The notes beneath the pieces were generated by a model. That model saw nothing but the letters and a program-made list of their open reading frames with translations. It was not told the origin of the DNA and ran no database searches. The position numbers and the translations under genes were made by a program. A DNA stretch of 63,731 nt, counting the filler, from Deltaproteobacteria bacterium (GTDB lineage Bacteria > JAEEML01), in NCBI GenBank assembly GCA_016283195.1. It is 3 parts of 3 records of this genome, joined end to end, with 100 filler letters (N's around TTAATTAATTAA, not from the genome) between each part and the next. Parts side by side here need not be neighbours in the genome. Positions count along the whole stretch, not along the records: positions 31,689 to 58,826 come from JAEEML010000022.1; positions 58,927 to 63,731 come from JAEEML010000156.1; 1 more part is not named here. One strand, 5' to 3'. Of the stretch, positions 50,351 to 59,477 are shown one piece after another. Each line of letters opens with the position of its first letter. The stretch's first letter is position 1.

Positions 50351-50561
50351 GGGGCTTTGGCGTTATGCCGGCAAATATCTGAGGAACTCATGGCCAGCCA
50401 AATAAAATTTAAAGAATCTTTTGGAGTGGGAAGTTTCGAAGGAGCCCGTTTGGGGCGGCGCGATTCTTCTCGTAATATTAAATCATATTTAACACCCGGA
50501 GAGCAGGCCGAAGCGGCTGTCGCTCACAAGGTGCGAATAGGGAATAAGGGCGTAATAGCCA
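50351..50561 (+). ncRNA. Candidate 6S RNA-like structured RNA (~205 nt)
   Basis: Own TTGACA (50319) promoter; 5' GGCGTTATGCC pairs with 3' GGCGTAATAGCC; further nested pairings around an A-rich central bubble; followed by a hairpin; no convincing ORF. Confidence 0.55.
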
Positions 50562-50569
50562 TATTAACC

Positions 50570-50604
50570 CGGCCGGCAAGTGCTTAATTCCGGCCGCCTT
50601 ATTT
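50570..50604 (+). terminator. Putative intrinsic terminator
   Basis: CGGCCGG-13nt-CCGGCCG hairpin followed by CCTTATTT. Confidence 0.5.
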
Positions 50605-50643
50605 GTAATAAAATTACTGTACACCAGAACTAAGGAGGCGTTT

Positions 50644-52146
50644 ATGTTGAAAAGTAATGTGCAAATGAAAGTAGCTTTGGCTCTTGTTGCCGCAGTTATG
50701 TTTATGAGCAGTTCTGCGGAAGCTGCCAAGAAGAAAAACGATCCCACTATCTTTATTGCTCCCTTTAGTACGCAGTCCACAGCCGAATATCACTGGATAA
50801 GTGATGCTATGGCCAATGCTCTCGGCGTGCGCCTTTTCCAAACATCGAAAGTTAATTACATTTTCCGCCGTCAGATTATGTCTTCCATCAGAAATGACAA
50901 AATCGATCGCACCGAACTTCATGACCCCAAAGAGGCGGCCGAACTCGGTAAAACTTTAGGAGCCGATTTTGCGGTTGTGGGTACTTTCAACGCCGCTTGG
51001 CCGGAAATTCAGATAGTTATTCGTGTTATTGATGTTTCCAATAATAATGTTGTTCATACTTTTAGTGTGGCTGGTTATTTGGATGATTTGGTGAAACTTG
51101 AGGGCGAAATTGCTGTTCATTTAGCCGAATTTAAACCACTTTCCAAAATGCCGACCAAAGAAGGCCGTTTTGGTACGAGTAAACTCTATGCCTGGCGCCA
51201 TGAAACTCTGGCTCAGCAGATTTTGATGGCCCAGTCATTAGCTCCTACCCGCGCTTCTATTTTACCGCAGGAAGCCATTAAAAAAGCTATGGAAAGTGCC
51301 AAAGCCGCTTTAGCTATCGATCCCAAATACGATGCCGCTCATGCCAGTGTGGCTCTCTGCCATGTTTTGTTGCAAGATTTAACCAATGCCGGCCTGGCTT
51401 ATGAAGAAGCCAGTTCTTCAGCTAAGACCGATCCCGAAGTGGCGCTCATCGGTTACTTTATCAAATGGCAACAAAGACAAGATGCTCTTGCTTTGCAAGA
51501 ACTTGATAATATTATAAAAAATCACCAAGGCTTTTTGCGCGCCTATATTTATAAAGGTGAGCTTTTGCAAGCTATGAATAAGCATGAAGACGCGGTAGCC
51601 CACTTCCAAAGCTTTTTGGAGAGAGCTCCCAAACAAGTGCGGGCCATGAGTGGTATCGGCCTTAGTTTTTCTAAATTAAAACGCTATAACGAGGCTATTT
51701 CCATTACCAAACAAGCTGTTGATATGCGCCCCAACTCTCCGACATTGCTTGTTTCTTTGGCTGATCGTTATATCGACGCCCAAAGATATACCGAAGCTGA
51801 AACGCACCTTAAAAACACTATGAAGAGCTTTCCGGAATATGCTCCGGCTTATGTGCGCCTTAGCTCTGTTTATTTGCAAGTTAACCGCCTTTTGGATGCC
51901 AAGCACTTTGCCGAAGAAGCCATTCGTCTGGCCGGTGATTTGCCGCAGCACAACGATCGCGGGGCGGCCCGCATTAACTTAGCTCAATATTATTTAATTA
52001 ACGGCGAAATAACCGCCGCCGCCGATGCTTTGCAACTGGCTCATAAAGATGGCGCTACCTCCATTGAGCAATTACAGGCCGATTCGCGCTGCGCCGATGG
52101 TTTAAAAGATTCCCGCATGGCCTCTTCAATCTCTCTTTTCAAATAA
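50644..52146 (+). CDS. Exported TPR protein with N-terminal CsgG/TolB-N-like domain
   Basis: Signal peptide; IAPF...GKTLGADFAVVGTF...IRVIDV; multiple TPR repeats. Confidence 0.8.
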   Translation: MLKSNVQMKVALALVAAVMFMSSSAEAAKKKNDPTIFIAPFSTQSTAEYHWISDAMANALGVRLFQTSKVNYIFRRQIMSSIRNDKIDRTELHDPKEAAELGKTLGADFAVVGTFNAAWPEIQIVIRVIDVSNNNVVHTFSVAGYLDDLVKLEGEIAVHLAEFKPLSKMPTKEGRFGTSKLYAWRHETLAQQILMAQSLAPTRASILPQEAIKKAMESAKAALAIDPKYDAAHASVALCHVLLQDLTNAGLAYEEASSSAKTDPEVALIGYFIKWQQRQDALALQELDNIIKNHQGFLRAYIYKGELLQAMNKHEDAVAHFQSFLERAPKQVRAMSGIGLSFSKLKRYNEAISITKQAVDMRPNSPTLLVSLADRYIDAQRYTEAETHLKNTMKSFPEYAPAYVRLSSVYLQVNRLLDAKHFAEEAIRLAGDLPQHNDRGAARINLAQYYLINGEITAAADALQLAHKDGATSIEQLQADSRCADGLKDSRMASSISLFK

Positions 52147-52198
52147 TTACCAGATCTTATATGCATTAAATAATGCTTTATCTAAATTGGAGTAAAAG

Positions 52199-53845
52199 AT
52201 GTCTTTGTTAAAGAGTTCTAAAGTATTTAAGCGCCCCGAAGGGCCGATTGTGCAAATTATTATGGACGGTGTGGGAATTGCTCCGGCCGGTGAAGGCAAT
52301 GCCGTGAAACTGGCCAATACGCCAACCCTGGATCATCTTTTGGCTACTTGCCCGCATACCCAAATAGCCGCTCATGGCAAAGCAGTGGGCCTTCCCAGTG
52401 ATGCCGATATGGGTAATTCCGAAGTGGGCCACAACGCTCTGGGCGCCGGCCGCGTCTTTGACCAGGGCGCCAAACTGGTAAACGGCGCTATTGAGAGCGG
52501 CGCTATTTTTAACGGCACCGTTTTTAAAGAAATGGTGGCCAACTGCCTGAAAAATAATTCTACTTTCCACCTAATAGGCCTCCTCTCCGACGGCAATGTG
52601 CACAGCCATATCGACCAATTATGCGCTATTATCGGCGGTATTGCCAAAGCCGGAGTGCAAAAAGTGCGCGTGCATATTTTGACCGATGGCCGCGATGTGG
52701 CCGAGCGTAGTGCGCTTACTTATGTGGAAAAACTGGAAGCTCATCTGGCCAAATTTAACGCTGAGGGCAAAGATTTTGCTATTGCTTCCGGCGGCGGGCG
52801 CATGAATATCACCATGGATCGCTACGAAGCCGATTGGTCGATGGTAAAACGCGGCTGGGAAACCCATGTTCTCGCCAAAGGGCGCACTTTTAAATGTGCA
52901 AGCTGCGCTATAAAGACTTATTACGACGAAGACCCCAATGTGAATGATCAGTTTTTGCCCGCTTTTGTAATCGTAGATGAAAACGGTAAACCCAAAGGGC
53001 CTATCGTGGCCGGCGACGCCGTGGCTTTCTTTAACTTCCGTGGCGATAGGGCTATTGAAATTTCCCGCGCTTTTGATGACGAGGAATTTGATAAATTTGA
53101 GCGTGGCCCGCGCCCCGATGTCTATTATGCCGGCCTTATGGAATATGATGGCGATTTGCATATTCCAAAGCACTTTTTGGTGAGCCCGCCGGCTATCAAT
53201 AACACCATGAGTTACTATTTGGCCGAGAGCGGTATTCGCCAGTTCGCCTGTGCCGAAACGCAAAAATTTGGCCATGTTACCTATTTTTGGAATGGCAACC
53301 GTTCCGGCAAATTCTCCGATGAGCTGGAAACTTATGTGGAAGTGCCTTCCGATACCATCCCCTTTGAGCAGCGCCCCTGGATGAAGTCGGCCGAAGTTAC
53401 CGATGAACTTTTAAAAGCCATTGATAGCGGCAAATATGACTACTTGCGCGTAAATTATGCCAATGGCGATATGGTGGGGCACACCGGCCATCTGGCGGCA
53501 GCTATTATAGCCGTTTCCGCTGTTGATTTGGCTCTTTCCCGCCTCTTGCCGGCTATTAAAGCTGCTAAAGGTGTTTTGATTGTGACCGCCGACCACGGCA
53601 ACGCCGATGAGATGTTTACGCTCAAAAAAGGGCAGATTGTCCGTGATGCCAATGGCGTGCCGGCGCCCAAGACTTCGCACACTTTGAATCCGGTGCCCTA
53701 TATTGTCTTTGACCCGGCCGGGCGCTATGCCATAAATAGTGCAGCCACTAATCCTGGCCTGGCCAATAATGCGGCCACCATTATGAATCTTTTGGGCTAT
53801 GAAGCGCCGGAAGATTACCTGCCATCGCTTATTACCTTGAAATAA
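52199..53845 (+). CDS. gpmI: 2,3-bisphosphoglycerate-independent phosphoglycerate mutase
   Basis: MDGVG, MGNSEVGH, DGRD, NFRGDR, AETQKFGHVT, NGDMVGHTG, TADHGN. Confidence 0.97.
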   Translation: MSLLKSSKVFKRPEGPIVQIIMDGVGIAPAGEGNAVKLANTPTLDHLLATCPHTQIAAHGKAVGLPSDADMGNSEVGHNALGAGRVFDQGAKLVNGAIESGAIFNGTVFKEMVANCLKNNSTFHLIGLLSDGNVHSHIDQLCAIIGGIAKAGVQKVRVHILTDGRDVAERSALTYVEKLEAHLAKFNAEGKDFAIASGGGRMNITMDRYEADWSMVKRGWETHVLAKGRTFKCASCAIKTYYDEDPNVNDQFLPAFVIVDENGKPKGPIVAGDAVAFFNFRGDRAIEISRAFDDEEFDKFERGPRPDVYYAGLMEYDGDLHIPKHFLVSPPAINNTMSYYLAESGIRQFACAETQKFGHVTYFWNGNRSGKFSDELETYVEVPSDTIPFEQRPWMKSAEVTDELLKAIDSGKYDYLRVNYANGDMVGHTGHLAAAIIAVSAVDLALSRLLPAIKAAKGVLIVTADHGNADEMFTLKKGQIVRDANGVPAPKTSHTLNPVPYIVFDPAGRYAINSAATNPGLANNAATIMNLLGYEAPEDYLPSLITLK

Positions 53846-53867
53846 TTTACTTATTCGGAGTATTTAG

Positions 53868-55319
53868 ATGAATAGAGTCCGCACCAGAATCGCTCCCAGT
53901 CCCACCGGCGACCCCCATGTGGGCACCGCTTATATTGCCCTTTTTAATTATGCTTTTGCCAAGCAGCACGGCGGTGATTTTATTTTGCGCATTGAGGATA
54001 CCGACCGCGTGCGCTCCTCACGCGAGAGTGAGGAAATGATCTTTTCCGCGCTGCGCTGGCTGGGGCTTAATTGGGACGAAGGGCCTGATATCGGTGGCCC
54101 CAAAGGGCCTTATCGCCAGAGTGAGCGCTCGGATATTTATAAAAAATATGCCATGGAACTGGTTGAAAAGGGCAAAGCTTACCCCTGTTTTTGCACCAAA
54201 GAACGGCTGGATAGCGTGCGCGAGGCCATGAAAGCGGAAAAAAAGACGGCCATGTATGACCGCCACTGCCGCTCTATCCCCAAAGATGAAGCCTTAAAGC
54301 GCATGGAGTCCGGTGAGCCTTATGTCATCCGCCTGGCCATGCCGACCGAAGGATCCATGGTGGTAAAAGATATGCTGCGCGGCGATATTACTATCGACTG
54401 CGAGCAGCTGGACGACCAGGTACTCATTAAGACCGACGGCTTTCCCACTTATCACCTCGCCAATGTGGTGGACGATCATCTGATGGAAATAAGCCATGTT
54501 ATAAGGGCCGAAGAGTGGATTTCTTCTCTACCCAAGCATGTTTATCTCTATGAAGCTTTTGGCTGGGAAGCGCCCGTTTTTTGCCATATGCCGCTACTTA
54601 GAAATGCCGATAAATCTAAGATTTCCAAGCGCAAAAACCCGGTGAGCTTAAATTATTACCGCCGCGCCGGTTATCTGCCGGAAGCTATTCTTAACTACCT
54701 GGCACTGATGGGCTTTGCCATGCCCGATGAGCGCGAAGAATTTACTCTTGCGGAGTTTACCAAAGAACTTAAATTGGAAAAGGTCTCTCTCGGCGGGCCG
54801 GTCTTTGATATGGCCAAGCTCCTCTGGCTAAATGGCAAATATATCCGCGCTCTTGATAAAAAAGAGCTGGCCGATCGTCTCTATAAGGAGCTTTTATCTC
54901 CTGAATATCTTGATAAAATTTTGACACTCACTCAGCCTCGTTTTGAAAAGCTGGAAGATTTTATTGATTATTCGGCCTTTTTCTTTACCGGCTCCATGCA
55001 CTATAGCGAAAAGATGCAAAAAAAGCTCATCGGCAAAGGTAAGAGCGCTAAAGAGACAGCTAAAGCCCTCACTCAGCTGGTGGAAGATGAGCTTGATCCG
55101 CTCCTTAAATGGGATGCTGCTCATTTGGAAGAGGCTTCTACGCGCCATCTCGCTAAAATCGGCTGGACAGCCAAGGAATTTTTTATGCCCCTTCGCGTAG
55201 CTGTTACCGGCAAAGACGCCACTCCGCCCCTTTTTGAGACGATGGAAGTTTTAGGCAAAGAAGTTTGCCGCAGCCGCATCAAAGAAGCGGCTAAACTTTT
55301 GAAAGAGATGCCGGCCTGA
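53868..55319 (+). CDS. gltX: Glutamate--tRNA ligase
   Basis: RIAPSPTGDPHVG, RIEDTD, YRQSER, PTYHLANVVDD, KISKR. Confidence 0.97.
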   Translation: MNRVRTRIAPSPTGDPHVGTAYIALFNYAFAKQHGGDFILRIEDTDRVRSSRESEEMIFSALRWLGLNWDEGPDIGGPKGPYRQSERSDIYKKYAMELVEKGKAYPCFCTKERLDSVREAMKAEKKTAMYDRHCRSIPKDEALKRMESGEPYVIRLAMPTEGSMVVKDMLRGDITIDCEQLDDQVLIKTDGFPTYHLANVVDDHLMEISHVIRAEEWISSLPKHVYLYEAFGWEAPVFCHMPLLRNADKSKISKRKNPVSLNYYRRAGYLPEAILNYLALMGFAMPDEREEFTLAEFTKELKLEKVSLGGPVFDMAKLLWLNGKYIRALDKKELADRLYKELLSPEYLDKILTLTQPRFEKLEDFIDYSAFFFTGSMHYSEKMQKKLIGKGKSAKETAKALTQLVEDELDPLLKWDAAHLEEASTRHLAKIGWTAKEFFMPLRVAVTGKDATPPLFETMEVLGKEVCRSRIKEAAKLLKEMPA

Positions 55320-55343
55320 AATTAGCCCAAATGCTTATTTTGG

Positions 55344-56210
55344 GTGATAAAAAAAGCCATGAATCCTCCATCTATTATCATTGCTCTTTCCTCAGCCCGC
55401 GAAAAGCTCTTATCCGCCCAAATTGAAAGTGCCGCTCTCGATAGTGAGATCCTTTTGGCTCATGTTTTAAAGCTGGAGCGCTATTATCTGCATATTGAGC
55501 CGGATAGACTTTTAACGCCGGCCGAATTAGCCGAGTTTACGGCGCTTATTACCCGCCGCTCCGAGCACGAGCCGCTGGCTTATATATTGGGCCAAAGAGA
55601 GTTTTATTCTCTTGATTTTATTGTGAAACCTGGAGTGCTTATCCCCCGGCCGGAGACCGAGCTTTTAGTGGATTTAGTGCTGGAGATTGTGGGCTCAAAG
55701 GCAGCGCAAATTGTCGATATCGGCACAGGGAGCGGCGCTATTGCCTGCGCTATTGCCAAAAATGCCCCTTTAGCCCACCTTTTTGCTTTGGATATAAGCG
55801 ATGAAGCATTGGCTGTCACCAGGCAAAATGTGCAAAAACATTACCTTAATAAGCAAATAACAGTTTTAAAAAGCGACCTTTTGCAAAATGCTCCACTTGA
55901 GCTCGATATAGTTGTTTCCAACCCGCCCTATATCCCCGCCGCTGATATTCCTGCTCTCATGCCGGAGGTGCAAAAGGAGCCATTACTTGCTCTTTCCGGC
56001 GGCGAAGATGGCCTTATGCTTATAAGAAGGCTCATAACTGAGGCGACTCTCCATTTAAAAGCCGGCGGTTACATCTTAATCGAGCATGGTTACGATCAAG
56101 CTGAGGCCGTGCAAAAATTATTGCAATCGGCCGGCTTTATTGGCATATCGTCAAAGCTCGATCTCGCCGCTATTCCGCGAGTGACCATGGCTAAAAAGGC
56201 TCTGGAGTAA
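55344..56210 (+). CDS. prmC: Release factor glutamine methyltransferase
   Basis: EPLAYILG..EF, VLIPRPETE, DIGTGSG, SNPPY, EHG. Confidence 0.95.
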   Translation: MIKKAMNPPSIIIALSSAREKLLSAQIESAALDSEILLAHVLKLERYYLHIEPDRLLTPAELAEFTALITRRSEHEPLAYILGQREFYSLDFIVKPGVLIPRPETELLVDLVLEIVGSKAAQIVDIGTGSGAIACAIAKNAPLAHLFALDISDEALAVTRQNVQKHYLNKQITVLKSDLLQNAPLELDIVVSNPPYIPAADIPALMPEVQKEPLLALSGGEDGLMLIRRLITEATLHLKAGGYILIEHGYDQAEAVQKLLQSAGFIGISSKLDLAAIPRVTMAKKALE

Positions 56211-56214
56211 AAAT

Positions 56215-56700
56215 ATGGTAAATCTTTGGCCCTCATTTATCTCACCAAAACAGCGTGAGACTATTACCCAGCTCATCCGCTTTTGCATTGTTGGCTTTAG
56301 CGGTATGTTTATTGATATGGGCACCACCGTCTTAACCACCGAGCTTTTGGGTTTTGACCCGCGCCTGGGGGCAGTTTGCGGCTTTGTTTTAGCGGTTATT
56401 AATAACTATTTTTTAAATCGCTTCTGGACTTTTAAAGGCAAAGTTAAGACTTCGCAAAAATTCGCTTTTGTGAGTTTTATCCTTATTTCTCTAATCGGTA
56501 TGACTATTTCTATCGGCGTGATGCACCTTTCCATTACCTATCTTGGCCTTAATAAAGCGAATCCGGCCGAAATAGCCGCTGCCAGCGGTTTTATGGTTTA
56601 CTGGCTTAAATATCGCTATCTATTGGCCCGTTTTATGGGCATTGTGGTAGCCACGCTCTGGAATTTTACCGGCAGCAAAAAGATAGCCTTTAAGAGCTAA
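56215..56700 (+). CDS. GtrA-family membrane protein
   Basis: RFCIVG, NYFLNRFWTF, WNF; four TM helices. Confidence 0.88.
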   Translation: MVNLWPSFISPKQRETITQLIRFCIVGFSGMFIDMGTTVLTTELLGFDPRLGAVCGFVLAVINNYFLNRFWTFKGKVKTSQKFAFVSFILISLIGMTISIGVMHLSITYLGLNKANPAEIAAASGFMVYWLKYRYLLARFMGIVVATLWNFTGSKKIAFKS

Positions 56701-56704
56701 CAAT

Positions 56705-57568
56705 ATGGAATTATTAGCTAAAGAGCAAATGAAACTTTTGGCTCCGGCCAAGATTAATTTCTCGCTTTATGTGGATAAAAAGCGCGAAGACGGCTATCAT
56801 CCCATCTCCTCCATCATGGCCCCAATAGAGCTATATGATGAAATTATTTTAAATTATGAACCGCTTGATGAGCCCCTAAAAGTAAATTGCCTGGTGCCGG
56901 CCAATAAAGAGCTGGAAAGCCGGGATAACCTCATTATAAAACTGGCTACCGCTTATGCTGCAGCCAGAAATATCGGGGGCCATATAGAAATAACTTTGCA
57001 CAAAAATATCCCCGCCAAAGCCGGCCTGGGTGGCGGCAGCAGTGATGGCGCCAGTGTGCTCTTTTGGCTAAATAGCCGCCAGAAAGAGCCCTGGGATTTA
57101 GAAAAGCTCTCCCTTTGGGCTGCCAAATTAAGTGCCGATGCTCCATTTTTTTTCTATAAAAGCAGTGCGTTAGTTCGCGGCATAGGTGAACTTATTAAGC
57201 CTATTAATAAGCCGCTTTCCGGCTATCTTTTGCTGGTAAAGCCGCCGGCCGATTACAGCACTAAAGATATATATACTGCTTTTGATGCCCTAAAAAAGCA
57301 TCCGCCTTTGCCGGCTGATATAAAAGCCCAGCAAATGGGCCATAATGATCTTTTGTTTCCGGCTACAAAATTTTGCCGCGAAATAAAAACTGCCCTAAGC
57401 GATTTGGAATTGGCTCTCGCCAAAAGTTACCAGAGCGCTAAAGTGCTGAGTATGAGCGGTAGCGGATCCACCTGTTATGCACTCTTGGCCGATAAAGCGG
57501 CAGCTACAATGGTATTAAATACTTTAGAGCGCCGCCCGGGTTGGTTTTACCACATCTGCCAAGTATAG
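56705..57568 (+). CDS. ispE: 4-diphosphocytidyl-2-C-methyl-D-erythritol kinase
   Basis: APAKIN, DGYH, KNIP..AGLGGGSSD, AD.PFF, NDL, MSGSGS. Confidence 0.93.
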   Translation: MELLAKEQMKLLAPAKINFSLYVDKKREDGYHPISSIMAPIELYDEIILNYEPLDEPLKVNCLVPANKELESRDNLIIKLATAYAAARNIGGHIEITLHKNIPAKAGLGGGSSDGASVLFWLNSRQKEPWDLEKLSLWAAKLSADAPFFFYKSSALVRGIGELIKPINKPLSGYLLLVKPPADYSTKDIYTAFDALKKHPPLPADIKAQQMGHNDLLFPATKFCREIKTALSDLELALAKSYQSAKVLSMSGSGSTCYALLADKAAATMVLNTLERRPGWFYHICQV

Positions 57569-58013
57569 AAAGCGGGGCCTCACCCTCGCAATCAGTGGTA
57601 ATTATTGGAAATTTCCCTCTCCATTTTTACAAATAGAGAGGGAGTCAGCTATTTGGATTTATATGCTTTTATAAATGATAACCAAGCTATAGTAGAGAAG
57701 AATTTATTTTTTATTAGGTTGGGTGAAGAGAATTGCGGGATTTATTGCCGGAAAATTACTGTAATCTTTTCCACCAATGGTCCCCATTATTACTTTGTGA
57801 GCATCCTCTCATAGGGGGCGTTTCCCCATTTGTTACGCGTTGTTGGCCGCAATAGTGACAATACCATTGCACGGCACTAACATTATGTTGCTGCCCCTCC
57901 TCGGCATTTAGTTCATGAGCATGGTTGTGATTGTGAGTAGCTACCGGTTCAGCTTGTGGTGCTTCACTGGGAGTGAAGGCGTGAGCGGTGTGGATTGCTC
58001 AGGCGGTTTAGGT

Positions 58014-58826
58014 TTAGTCCTTAAGGCAGCGGACAGAGTTGCGGTCGTTAAGCCTATAATCGCCACGACCAGCGGAACTATCAGTAATTATTAGCAGATC
58101 ACCATATATATTATTATTTGCTTCAAGAGTGGTTGAAGCCCAGAATCTTGTACTTATGCCAAAGAACTGGTACGCGTTGATTTCGTTACCGTTGCTTACA
58201 GTAAGGTAAATACCAGCCGGAAGAGCTGCAAAACCATAACTATCTAAACCGCCCCAGCTTGTTGCCCGCAATATTGGGGATGCTGCAGCGGATCCGCCTA
58301 AATGGTTCGTGAGATCATTAAATTCAGTCCAACTAGGCAAGTGCCAGCCGCTGGGGCAGACTTTTTGGGCTTCTTCCCAGGTATAGAGACAGCCGTAATG
58401 GGCTACAAAGTCTGGATCGGCATTGGTATTGGCATAGCAAGTGACTGAGCTGCCATCGGTGGCGGAGTCGGTAGCCATATTTTCGGCCATCCAAATTTGC
58501 TCACCGATTACCGTTGTTTTATATACCGTGCCGTTAGTGTCGGCCATGTAACCCAGTGCCAGAACCGAGCAGTCACTGCCAGTGTAACCTTTGGCACAAG
58601 AACATTCACCATTACCATTTAAGCCATCGTTGCAAGTGCCGTGCTCACAGGTGCAGGCGGTGCAACTTTCTCCAAAATAACCGGCATTGCAGTAAAGATA
58701 GCCGCCATTGCCATTTGGTAAACCATTGGCTTTTGGCAAGTTTTCCGGGCTATAGATGACATAAGAAGAGCCATCGGCTGGGCAAATGACAATGCCGTGG
58801 TCGGCATCTTTTTTCACCACATAACA
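58014..58826 (-). CDS. C-terminal part of EGF-repeat plus FISUMP domain protein (truncated by gap)
   Basis: C..GYFGESC, C.HGTC.DG..GNG.C.C..GYTG..C EGF-like modules; YKT..IG.Q.WMAEN, CPSGWHLP, SVRCLKD. Confidence 0.88.
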   Translation of the reverse strand, partial: CYVVKKDADHGIVICPADGSSYVIYSPENLPKANGLPNGNGGYLYCNAGYFGESCTACTCEHGTCNDGLNGNGECSCAKGYTGSDCSVLALGYMADTNGTVYKTTVIGEQIWMAENMATDSATDGSSVTCYANTNADPDFVAHYGCLYTWEEAQKVCPSGWHLPSWTEFNDLTNHLGGSAAASPILRATSWGGLDSYGFAALPAGIYLTVSNGNEINAYQFFGISTRFWASTTLEANNNIYGDLLIITDSSAGRGDYRLNDRNSVRCLKD

Positions 58827-58926
58827 NNNNNNNNNNNNNNNNNNNNNNNNNNNNNNNNNNNNNNNNNNNNTTAATTAATTAANNNNNNNNNNNNNNNNNN
58901 NNNNNNNNNNNNNNNNNNNNNNNNNN
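58827..58926. other. Assembly gap with artificial TTAATTAATTAA linker
   Basis: N-runs flanking TTAATTAATTAA (58871-58882). Confidence 0.97.
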
Positions 58927-59081
58927 TCGCAGTAGAGCCCTTCCATACAGTCGGTCTCCGGCGGGGAACACTTTTCGCCTAGTTGCTGCGAAGATGTATT
59001 GCCGGCCACCGGCTTGGAACAGCCGGGCACTAAAGCCAAAAGCGGCAAAAGCAGCATTAAGGCATAAATTTTCGCTTTCAT
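58927..59081 (-). CDS. N-terminus of a Cys-rich lipoprotein running into the gap (probably the same gene as 58014-58826)
   Basis: AAGGAG RBS, MKAKIYALMLLLPLLALVPGC lipobox, then C....DC..GL.C. Confidence 0.7.
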
Positions 59082-59218
59082 ACTATTTCTCCTTTAACAA
59101 AGCGGCAACTGCACCGCTTGATTGCCAAAACGGAAATTGATTGATTTTATGGATAATTTTTTCAGGAAGATGGAAACAGGCAGCCAGGGGAAGGCGGTTA
59201 ACGCATAATACTCTCTCT

Positions 59219-59234
59219 TGCAATTTATGTGCCA
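59219..59234 (-). promoter_or_regulatory. Sigma-54 (-24/-12) promoter of the EGF/FISUMP lipoprotein
   Basis: Minus strand reads TGGCAC-ATAAA-TTGCA, ~140 bp upstream of ATG at 59081. Confidence 0.7.
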
Positions 59235-59477
59235 ACATATATGCCCCTATATGCTGCCCCCTCAAACAGGGCAAAGAAAACACTAACAATGCGAGGAAGC
59301 ATTTGCAATACATTTTTAAGGCCAAAATAGCGCCAGGTGCACTTTTCCAAGGGTGTTTTATAAAGAGCGTGGTGACCGTCATTGATTACAGCGGGGCAAA
59401 GCATATTTTCTTATGAAATTAAGAGATGTTAAGTGTTCTACTTCCGGCAGGAAAAGAATTAATTAGCCTTAAAAACC

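Noticed and set aside
50357-50587. 76-aa ORF, or tmRNA because of the GGGGCT start
   Set aside because: TTG start without RBS; too short for tmRNA, with no T-arm/CCA end or tag peptide; base-pairing favours a 6S-like RNA
57569-58010. tRNA-Gln expected downstream of ispE; short ORF 57605-57814
   Set aside because: No cloverleaf or GTTCRA T-loop recognised; the ORF lacks RBS and recognisable motifs
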